64,000 bases of DNA from Candidatus Anderseniibacteriota bacterium (lineage in GTDB: Bacteria > Patescibacteriota > JAUYIX01), in contig JAXLZM010000002.1 in NCBI GenBank assembly GCA_046350855.1, positions 14,103 to 78,102 of the forward strand. The letters are read 5' to 3'. Position 1 is the first letter of the stretch, and each line of letters starts with the position of its first letter. Below the pieces are notes generated by a model. The model was not told the origin of the DNA, searched no databases, and saw only the letters and a program-made list of their open reading frames with translations. The translations under genes and the position numbers were made by a program. Of the stretch, positions 56,520 through 64,000 are shown one piece after another.

Positions 56520-57665
56520 GGCCTGGGCGACAGCCATCTTGTCGCCGGTGTACTGCGCTGCAACGTCTTGTCCCTGCTGACCAAGCCGTTGTCCGAGTGA
56601 GACATCTTGTGCCACTCGAATCACTCCCGCCGCAAAATCGGCCGCCGTATTTTCCGTCAACACACCGGAGTGATCGTGTTGGACAAAATCGATCGTCCCC
56701 GGTCCGCGAGTCGCCACCACTGGTAGTCCAGCCGAGAGGGCCTCAAGGGTAATAATGCCCTGGGTCTCCGAGACGGAGGGGTAGACAAACAGATCGGCAG
56801 AACCGTACCAGTCGGCTAGTTCGGTATTGCGGATTGGTCCGATAAAACGCACACGCTCAGCCAGCCCGTGCATCTTTGTAATCTGTTTGAGGCGTGCCAA
56901 GTCTGGACCACCACCAACCAGGACCAATTGCGCGGTTGGTACGACCGCGCAGATCTTAGGTAGCGCGGTGATGAGCAGCAATAAGTTTTTATCCTGGATC
57001 GAAATCCGTGAGACACACAGTAAGAGTGGCTTGGTACTGGGTAAACCGGTTTTTTTACGGAGCACCTCTTTAGTTGCGCTACTCGCAAAGGAGCGGCGCA
57101 AGCCTGTCGGAATCACTGTGATTGGTCGGGTAATGCCGTGTTCTTGCATAAACCGCTTAGTCGAGGCGGAGGGCGCGATCAGCGCGTCGCACGAATTTGC
57201 AAAACGGGTGACCGAGCGCAAGACGCGCCGGGTTGCGACGGCCCGTGGCAGCAGCGGTACATAATGTGCGTACAAGTCGTAACGGGCATGGTGGGTAAAG
57301 ACCAGGGGTACTCCGAGCCGCCGCGCAACCCGGCGCGCAAAGCGTCCCACGGTAAAAGGCTGCATGGTATGCACGACCTGCACGCCGGCCTGCCGCAAGC
57401 GCCGCAGCAGCCTGGGGGTCATCACAAAGAGCCCGATCGGGTACTCCGGGTACAGCGGGTTGGGCACGGCCGGCACTCTAATCACATCCGGATCCGTGGC
57501 CGTGGGGTCTTGGGTCGCAACTGCTGCGCGGGCCCGACGATAGCGCGGGGTCAGCACGAGTACGCGATGGCCCATTTTTTGTAGGGCCGTTCTAAAATGT
57601 TCTGCCGAAATCGCCACACCACTGATGGCGGGGGGATAGGCGTTAGCCACAAACAAGATGGTCAC
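56454..57665 (-). CDS. GT4 glycosyltransferase (diacylglycerol glucosyltransferase-like)
   Basis: YPPAISGVA, THH.RYDLYAHY, VIPTG, PSVSETQGIITLEA. Confidence 0.9.
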   Translation of the reverse strand: MTILFVANAYPPAISGVAISAEHFRTALQKMGHRVLVLTPRYRRARAAVATQDPTATDPDVIRVPAVPNPLYPEYPIGLFVMTPRLLRRLRQAGVQVVHTMQPFTVGRFARRVARRLGVPLVFTHHARYDLYAHYVPLLPRAVATRRVLRSVTRFANSCDALIAPSASTKRFMQEHGITRPITVIPTGLRRSFASSATKEVLRKKTGLPSTKPLLLCVSRISIQDKNLLLLITALPKICAVVPTAQLVLVGGGPDLARLKQITKMHGLAERVRFIGPIRNTELADWYGSADLFVYPSVSETQGIITLEALSAGLPVVATRGPGTIDFVQHDHSGVLTENTAADFAAGVIRVAQDVSLGQRLGQQGQDVAAQYTGDKMAVAQALLYDKVLADFKRTSRSTGLAK

Positions 57666-57818
57666 GCCGGTAGCCTAGTCGATCGCCCTGCTCTTAGCCA
57701 GTCAGCCCTGAGTTATCCCAAAAAAAGTGGACAAAGCTGTGGAATCAGCATGGATAAGTTGTGCAATCCACGCTCCTTGACTAAACAAAAACCACACAAG
57801 GCGTTGCTATACTAGTCG

Positions 57819-58013
57819 TGCGATCAAGCGGTCCTTTAGGCAAACGAGCCATAGGTAGCTACTGAACGTCTCAAACGGTGAGGTCTGGGAAGTGCTTCGC
57901 GGTTTGAGCAGGGCTACAGCGGGCCGCTCTCGCTAACAAAATAAGAGCTCTAGTTCGTCTCTTGATTCCCGGAAGGTCACTGGCGCCAAAGCGCACCAGG
58001 GCTTTTCGGTTTT
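57819..58013 (+). ncRNA. Candidate ~195-nt structured ncRNA
   Basis: Extended -10 TGCTATACT (57805); nested helices and final hairpin followed by TTTT; no credible ORF. Confidence 0.5.
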
Positions 58014-58021
58014 GCGAGATA

Positions 58022-58057
58022 CAAAAAAGAGGGCCCACGGAGATGCTCCGCGGGCCA
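58022..58057 (-). terminator. Intrinsic terminator of the 58064-58435 gene
   Basis: GGCCCGCGGAG-CAT-CTCCGTGGGCC + CTCTTTTTT on minus strand. Confidence 0.8.
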
Positions 58058-58063
58058 CGATCG

Positions 58064-58435
58064 TTAGCCAACCTGGAGAGGTTCTAACAGAGTGTTTTTG
58101 ATAATGCGCTCGAGCGCGGTCGCGACCAGCTCCTCCGGAAAACGCAGGAGCGAGTCTTGGTCGAGCGTGCACACCCACGTCTTGTGGATGCACTCGTAGG
58201 TAAAGAGCTTGCCTGACCGTGTGATGAACAGAAATCGACCATCCTCCTCGCAGATTCGGTGACCGTACCAGTACTGGAAATTCCAATCCTCGGCCTCTTT
58301 TGCGAGATCCTGCACAAACGGCTTCCAAGTCGCCTTGTCCGCGTACTGGTGGACTTGGAGTGGGGGCAACTGAGCGGCCAGACCTTGTACTTGGGTGAGT
58401 AGCCGTTCCAGCCTGGGTGAGAGTGGTGTACGCAT
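58064..58435 (-). CDS. Hypothetical protein
   Basis: AAGGAGGT SD, own promoter TTGACA-17-TACCAA (~58484-58512, minus) and terminator. Confidence 0.75.
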   Translation of the reverse strand: MRTPLSPRLERLLTQVQGLAAQLPPLQVHQYADKATWKPFVQDLAKEAEDWNFQYWYGHRICEEDGRFLFITRSGKLFTYECIHKTWVCTLDQDSLLRFPEELVATALERIIKNTLLEPLQVG

Positions 58436-58592
58436 CTAACCTCCTTTAAAAAAACGAACACTTCCGGCTTGGCCGGTCGCCCTTTGGTACCGATTTGGAG
58501 CAAACCTGTCAAGCGAGACAAAGCCCTGTGGCTGCGCTTTAGGTGGGCAAACGCGGCATATTGACAAAAGGTCCCAAGTAGTGTAAAGTCGT

Positions 58593-58708
58593 CCAGTTGA
58601 GCATCTTTGGGAAGTGGATGCTCAATAACTGGGTGGCTTTTGAGTGCCCTCACGGGTGCTCCCCGCCCATAGGAAAGCCGAGGCCTTGTGCCGCGGCTTT
58701 TCTCTTTA
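58593..58708 (+). ncRNA. Candidate ~115-nt sRNA or attenuating leader upstream of hisS
   Basis: TTGACA(58561)-17-TAAAGT; three hairpins, last followed by T-rich tract. Confidence 0.5.
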
Positions 58709-58762
58709 TCTAGAAAAATTCTGGCCGAACCCACCGTAAAAAGTGTTACGATTTGGCGACAG

Positions 58763-60091
58763 ATGCAAAAACTTCCACCGCAACTGCTCAAGGGCTTTAG
58801 GGATTACCTGCCCCCCGACGCCTTACCCCTCCACGAACTCATCCAACGGATCGAGCGGGTTTTTAGATTGTATGGCTTTGCCCCACTCCTAACACCGGTA
58901 CTCGAGTACGCGGCTTTGCTGACAGGTAAGTACGGACCCGAAGCCGACAAACTCATGTACACCTTTGTTGATCACGGTGGCCGAACGGTGGCCATGCGCT
59001 ACGACCACACCGTACCGCTGGCCCGTGTGATCGCTACCAACCAAAATCTTCCGCTGCCACTCAAGCGCTACACCATCGCTCCCGTCTGGCGAGCCGATAA
59101 ACCCCAGCGCGGACGGCTACGCGAGTTCTACCAGTGTGACGTCGATATCGTGGGCTCGGACCAAACCCGCGCGGATGCTGAGATCATTGCTGTGGCGCAC
59201 GCACTCTTTGTGGCGCTTGGGATTAAAGAGTTCAGCCTCCGGATTAACCATCGTCGTTTGATTAGTGCCGTGGTTGAACAAGTTGACGGTGTTAGTAAGA
59301 CGCAAGTGCCGGCCGTCATCCGTGTGATCGATCGTTTGCCCAAGATGGGTGAGTCCGCCGCGATCAAGTATCTGGCACAACAAGGCCTGACCGAATCCCA
59401 GGTGGAGCAGCTGCTTAAGCTCCTTGCTGCAAGCGGGTTGCACGGCCCGGCCGACAAAGCACTTGGTGCGTTACGTGGATTTCTTAAGCCCAACAAAGAC
59501 ACTGAGGCGGCGCTCAATGAGATGGACTCGATTGTACGACATGCCGTGGCGTTGGGAGTGCCAAAAGAGTCGCTCATGCTCGATCTCAACGTCGTCCGTG
59601 GTCTCGACTACTACACCGGGCTCGTGGTCGAGAGCGTTATCACCAACTTACCGTTATATGGCAGCGTCTTTGGTGGCGGTCGCTACGATGCCTTGATCGG
59701 CCAGATCGCCGGTAAAAAAGTGCCGGCGGTGGGGATTTCGTTGGGACTCGGGCGCCTTTTTGACGCTCTGTCGGAGCTCAAGCTCCTGCCACAGGTAGAA
59801 CCCGCCGCGCGAGTCGTTATCGCTCTGCTCGACGAGGGGGATTCAGCGGCTGCCCAAAAAGCCGCACAGGTGTTGCGTACCCACGACATCACGACCGAGG
59901 TCTACTTGGGTCGCCCCACTAAAATCGACAAGCAACTCAAATTTGCTGACAAACGTGGCGCGGCTTGGGTAGTTTGGCAAGGTGCCAAAGAAAAAAAGAA
60001 GCGGCTCTATGCCGCTAAACATCTGAGGACCCGTACCCAAGTCGAGCTACCCCTCGATCAGCTCGTCGAAAAAATCCAGCAACTCGCCTAG
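58763..60091 (+). CDS. hisS: Histidine--tRNA ligase
   Basis: KGFRD, MRYDHTVPLAR, PQRGRLREFYQCDVD, VRGLDYYTG, GGGRYD. Confidence 0.97.
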   Translation: MQKLPPQLLKGFRDYLPPDALPLHELIQRIERVFRLYGFAPLLTPVLEYAALLTGKYGPEADKLMYTFVDHGGRTVAMRYDHTVPLARVIATNQNLPLPLKRYTIAPVWRADKPQRGRLREFYQCDVDIVGSDQTRADAEIIAVAHALFVALGIKEFSLRINHRRLISAVVEQVDGVSKTQVPAVIRVIDRLPKMGESAAIKYLAQQGLTESQVEQLLKLLAASGLHGPADKALGALRGFLKPNKDTEAALNEMDSIVRHAVALGVPKESLMLDLNVVRGLDYYTGLVVESVITNLPLYGSVFGGGRYDALIGQIAGKKVPAVGISLGLGRLFDALSELKLLPQVEPAARVVIALLDEGDSAAAQKAAQVLRTHDITTEVYLGRPTKIDKQLKFADKRGAAWVVWQGAKEKKKRLYAAKHLRTRTQVELPLDQLVEKIQQLA

Positions 60092-60111
60092 GGTAGTTAC
60101 CTCGAGCACCG

Positions 60112-61134
60112 CTACTGAACTGGAAACGGCACGTTAGGTTCGTAGGGGGTGGTTGTGTTACCGCCGTCCGTGTTGGGAGCAACTAAGTGCTCATCCGATG
60201 TTTGCGTGTCGATTGACTCGGTTGAGGGCTCGGTTTTTGTAGAAGTGGGTTGCAAGCGCTTGAGCAGCTCTTCAAAGGTTAGTGGAACGGCCTTGTCCAG
60301 GGGCTCGATCGTGAGGCGCTGGTCCAACTCGTGGATGGTCAGCTCAAGGGTGCCGGTTCTGCCAGCGACTTGGGTAAACTCTCCTCGCAGTTTTACCAGG
60401 GCACCGGTTTTGTTGCTGATCCAGAGCTCGATGGGCGCGCTCTCGATAGTTTGTACGACTGGGTGTTGCTGCGGACGACCGCTCAAGGTGGCGAGTTGCG
60501 CTAAGAGGCGGTTGATCGCGTCGGGATTAAGCTGGGCCCGGTAGTGCTGCGTGGGTTGTCCGTCAAGTGACTCGACTCCTAGGTCCGCGATATTGGTAAA
60601 GAGGTCCGGTGTCTCGCGCAGCACCTGTGCCAGGCTTGCCCGCTCAAGTGGTGAGAGACTCTGGTTTTTAGGGAGAAGGGCTTGGAGTTCGGTGAGCGGA
60701 AAGTAAAAGGCGGTGCCCATAAAAGCTGATAGGTCGAGCTCATGGGTGGTCGGGAGCTGATCGATGCGGACGTACCCAACTTGACCGAGGACACGGAGTT
60801 CTCCCTGTAGTTTTTGTCCGTGCTCGTCTTGGATGGTGATACTGGCAGAACCACTCGGCCCGGTTTTGCGGTTGTGTTGGTCGTAGGCTAGGTCGGCGTG
60901 GCCGGTGACGGCTAGGTAGGTTTTGCTAAAATGCGGCAAGCGTACCGGCAGGCGCTCGAACGAAAGATCAAGCGTAGCGTTAAACGAGTTGGCTTCTACA
61001 ATTTCCGCTAGACTATTGACCAGGGCTTGCTCGGGAGTGAGCCGAATACGCGTACAGGCGCTGATGGTCAGAGCGAGGAGTGGAAGCAGCACGAGGCTGA
61101 GGCTGTGCCGAATAGTGTTTGGGGTGGAGCTCAT
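60112..61134 (-). CDS. Hypothetical lipoprotein (LppX/LprG-like fold suspected)
   Basis: Lipobox ISAC; GVESLDGQPTQHY and IELWIS..TG patterns. Confidence 0.65.
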   Translation of the reverse strand: MSSTPNTIRHSLSLVLLPLLALTISACTRIRLTPEQALVNSLAEIVEANSFNATLDLSFERLPVRLPHFSKTYLAVTGHADLAYDQHNRKTGPSGSASITIQDEHGQKLQGELRVLGQVGYVRIDQLPTTHELDLSAFMGTAFYFPLTELQALLPKNQSLSPLERASLAQVLRETPDLFTNIADLGVESLDGQPTQHYRAQLNPDAINRLLAQLATLSGRPQQHPVVQTIESAPIELWISNKTGALVKLRGEFTQVAGRTGTLELTIHELDQRLTIEPLDKAVPLTFEELLKRLQPTSTKTEPSTESIDTQTSDEHLVAPNTDGGNTTTPYEPNVPFPVQ

Positions 61135-62057
61135 AGTTTTTGGCAGGCGCGTAGCTTAGCACTGCGGGCTCGTGGATTGGTAGCACGCTCGTGTGGCGTG
61201 GGCGTGACCGGTTTTTTGGTAAGGATTTTGGCGAGCGGGTCATGACCACAGCGACAGACCGGTAACTCGGGTGGACAGATGCAGCCAGCCGCCCACTCTT
61301 TTAATTGTTTTTTGACGAGACCATCTTCGAGTGACTGAAAACTAATCACGACGAGGCGCCCTCCGGGTCGTAGGGTGGTGAGTGCGGCGTTGAGACCAGC
61401 TTGGAGTTGTTGGAGCTCATCGTTGACCGCCAGACGCAAGGCTAAGAAGGTTTTGGTGGCGACGTGGACGCCGCGTGCGCGCCCGCGCGGGGGTACAGCG
61501 GACTCGATGAGGTCAGCCAATTGATCAGTGCGCTGAATGGGCGACTCGGCGCGGGCGCGCACTACCGCCCGCGCGATCCGCGCGGCGGCACGCTCACCCA
61601 CTAGGTGTAGTTGTTCACGCAACCGCTCCTCACTCCACTCAGCGAGGAGCTCAGCTGCGGTCGGCCCCCGGCTCGGATCCATCCGCATGTCGAGCGGGGC
61701 CTGTCTCGTAAAACTAAATCCCCGAGTCGGCGAGAGGAGCTGTGTACTGGACACACCCGCATCGATCACAACGCCGTCGACTTGGACTCGTCGCTCTTTG
61801 ACTACCTGAGCGAGTTCAGAAAAACGGGCCTGCAGCAATTCCAGTCGGCCCGCCTTGAGTTCTGCCGCAAAAGTCTCTTTGCCCGCTGCGATGGCACTCG
61901 CATCACGGTCCAGTCCGAGTATCTTTCCGTTGGGGCCGAGTCTATCCAGCAGCACTTGAGTGTGACCACCCGCACCAAACGTCGCATCTACGATCGTCTG
62001 GCCGGGCTGCGGGGCCAAGTAGGTTAAGACTTCTTGAGGTAAGACGGGTGTGTGCAT
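61131..62057 (-). CDS. rsmH: 16S rRNA m4C1402 methyltransferase
   Basis: MHTPVL, DATFGAGGH, RGFSF, PLDMRMD, NPRARSAKLR. Confidence 0.97.
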   Translation of the reverse strand: MHTPVLPQEVLTYLAPQPGQTIVDATFGAGGHTQVLLDRLGPNGKILGLDRDASAIAAGKETFAAELKAGRLELLQARFSELAQVVKERRVQVDGVVIDAGVSSTQLLSPTRGFSFTRQAPLDMRMDPSRGPTAAELLAEWSEERLREQLHLVGERAAARIARAVVRARAESPIQRTDQLADLIESAVPPRGRARGVHVATKTFLALRLAVNDELQQLQAGLNAALTTLRPGGRLVVISFQSLEDGLVKKQLKEWAAGCICPPELPVCRCGHDPLAKILTKKPVTPTPHERATNPRARSAKLRACQKL

Positions 62058-62707
62058 TAGTCTGTCACCTCTGTTACTGGATCAAACGAGACGTAGTGCG
62101 ACCCCACTGCGTATAGGTGTGAATCAACTTTGAGTGCCACCACCTTATTCACCACCGGCCCAACCAACTCCAACGCCGCCGCACTGGTCACCGGCACGGC
62201 CACCGTGATCGTCCGGGCACCTTGGCGTCGTAACACCTCGGCCGCCAAGCGCACCGTATAGCCCGTCGCCATGCCATCGTCCACCAAAATCACGTCGCGA
62301 TCTTTAATTACGGCGGGGTGACTCTGCGCTTGGCGCTGCCGTTTTAGTTCTGCCACCAGCCGCGCCCGCTCTTTCTCTATATAAGAGACGTCCGCGCCAA
62401 ATTCTTTGGCTGATTTTTCATCCACAAGTAATCCACCGTCCTCCGCTACGGCTCCAATGGCGAGTTCGTGAGAATCTGGCGGGGTCAGCTTTTTGACAAA
62501 GACGAGGCCAAGCTCCGCTCCCAAGGCCTGGACGAGGGGCTGCGCCACCGCCACTCCACCCCGCGGAATCGCTACAATCAGCGATTTTTTGAGCGCAGCC
62601 GGTACGCGTGCCAAAGCATCTGTGCTACCTGTACCGACAATTTTTTTGGTCAGGAGTCGACCCGCTTCAAACCGGTTGGCAAACCGCCCCGGAATCGTTA
62701 GTGGCAT
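62057..62707 (-). CDS. Phosphoribosyltransferase-family protein
   Basis: FANRFEAG, AIPRGGV, ELAIGAV, VILVDDGMATGYT. Confidence 0.9.
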   Translation of the reverse strand: MPLTIPGRFANRFEAGRLLTKKIVGTGSTDALARVPAALKKSLIVAIPRGGVAVAQPLVQALGAELGLVFVKKLTPPDSHELAIGAVAEDGGLLVDEKSAKEFGADVSYIEKERARLVAELKRQRQAQSHPAVIKDRDVILVDDGMATGYTVRLAAEVLRRQGARTITVAVPVTSAAALELVGPVVNKVVALKVDSHLYAVGSHYVSFDPVTEVTD

Positions 62708-62817
62708 GATTTTTGCGACATCTGTCAAGTTCATCCAGACACTACCACATGTTAGACTCATCGATCACCCGCAAAGCATTGGAGGGCGGGGCTTATCTGT
62801 AACCTACCCGAGGGGAG

Positions 62818-63531
62818 GTGAGAACCATTAGCAACAACAAGCCCAACAGCTCTAATCAGAGTGCGCCGAGCCAGATGAAGACCGACCAAGAGATCTTGGA
62901 GGAACTTAAGCAAGCCGGGGGTGGCGAACGTCGCCGCAGTTTTGGATTGACCGCTTTTATCGTATTGCTCGCGATTATTATCGGTGTGTTTACGTATATG
63001 AACCGCAAGGATGAGAACAGCACGAACAACACGGCCAACACCAACAATACCGTCGCGACCAACAACAGTACCGAGAACACTGACAACAACGAGAGCATGA
63101 ATGAAACGAACGAGTCGAATGACAGCACCGAATCGAACGAGACGGCCAACACCCCTTCTGAGGAATCAAATCAAACTATCGCTACGCCATCTAACGGCGA
63201 AGCGTTTGGAGAGGAATCAAATGCGCAAAGCACACACTCTGAGACGGCCTATACCGAGACGACACAAGCGGGGGAAGGTGTAACCCACTTAGCTCGTCGC
63301 GCGTTGCACGGCTATCTGCATGAGAAAGGCATTAGTGATCTCACGGCCGAACACAAAGTGTTCGTCGAGGATTACTTGGCCAAAAATGCAGGATACGCGG
63401 CCCTTGAGATCGGCAATACTCGTACGTTTGAGACGTCGACTCTTGATCAAGCCATCGCAGCAGCTCGTGCTTTAACGCCGAGTCAGTTACAAAATCTTGA
63501 ACAGTATTCAGCGCAGGTACCCGGATTATAA
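62818..63531 (+). CDS. Membrane-anchored hypothetical protein with N/T/E/S-rich linker
   Basis: Single TM, low-complexity stalk, C-terminal GEGVTHLARRAL...FVEDYL domain; GGAGG SD. Confidence 0.8.
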   Translation: MRTISNNKPNSSNQSAPSQMKTDQEILEELKQAGGGERRRSFGLTAFIVLLAIIIGVFTYMNRKDENSTNNTANTNNTVATNNSTENTDNNESMNETNESNDSTESNETANTPSEESNQTIATPSNGEAFGEESNAQSTHSETAYTETTQAGEGVTHLARRALHGYLHEKGISDLTAEHKVFVEDYLAKNAGYAALEIGNTRTFETSTLDQAIAAARALTPSQLQNLEQYSAQVPGL

Positions 63532-63571
63532 TTCGTGCGTCGATCGACGTTCGTTGAATCGTTTAAGAATC

Positions 63572-63600
63572 AAAAGCGCCCGGCACGTCCGGGCGTTTTT
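63572..63600. terminator. Bidirectional intrinsic terminator
   Basis: AAAAGCGCCCGG-CACGT-CCGGGCGTTTTT between convergent genes. Confidence 0.8.
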
Positions 63601-63613
63601 GTAGTTGGGCGAA

Positions 63614-64000
63614 TTATTTTCGTTTCTTTACTTCAAGGGCGGCGATTCTGCCCTCGTGTCGGGCATGGGCATGCTTGTGCGCTGCGTGTTCGGTGTCGTA
63701 TGTTTTTATTTTTCCTACTACCAGGTTATCCAAGTGCGTTAACGTCTTGTCGACTTTTTCCTCGGTGCGTTCACTGGTAGCTCGCATTTCTGACATGTCG
63801 ACTTGGAGTACCGTCAATCGAATACTATCCTCTTTTTGCTCCTTTTCAATTTTTTTGACCGTTGTTTTCAAGCTTGTAACGTCGCGTTTTACGACTTTCA
63901 TGTCCTGCTTGAGCCCGCTTACATCAATTTTTAAAGTTCCTACATCTTGCTTGAGAACTCCAACATCCTTAGTTAGTTTCGCAAATTGCGTGCCTTGAAC
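63614..64000 (-). CDS. Coiled-coil hypothetical protein, 5' truncated by window edge
   Basis: Frame stays open to base 64000; LxxDVxx heptads. Confidence 0.75.
   Translation of the reverse strand, partial: VQGTQFAKLTKDVGVLKQDVGTLKIDVSGLKQDMKVVKRDVTSLKTTVKKIEKEQKEDSIRLTVLQVDMSEMRATSERTEEKVDKTLTHLDNLVVGKIKTYDTEHAAHKHAHARHEGRIAALEVKKRK

Noticed and set aside
57838-57860. c-di-GMP-I riboswitch (GGCAAAC)
   Set aside because: Lacks the GNRA loop and CGCAAAGC element, and no downstream gene on that strand.

Overview
Origin-proximal region of a bacterial chromosome, very probably Patescibacteria/CPR (inferred from 23S group I introns, VirB2-like pilin triplet, direct-repeat LexA box, compact genes; standard code 11). 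It holds the 3' part of a 23S rRNA with two group I introns flanking a 20-nt exon, an unlinked 5S rRNA, two tRNAs, the jag-yidC-yidD-rnpA-rpmH / dnaA-oriC-dnaN-recF-dciA core, and repair, chaperone, cell-wall and lipid-modifying genes. The best candidate for an undescribed system is an accessory island at 42.6-45.6 kb: a ~330-nt nested, possibly pseudoknotted non-coding RNA directly upstream of a retron-like reverse transcriptase whose YADD motif reads YADN, followed by an orphan RmlC-like cupin and a second rod-like RNA leader. Also notable: a cfa + TmsA/BfaA-like pair (10-methyl fatty acid synthesis), a flavin oxidoreductase/ferric-reductase TM/Rieske fusion, two CWB2 surface proteins and two more candidate sRNAs near hisS. 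All RNA structures were paired by eye and family calls come from recalled motifs; no searches were run.
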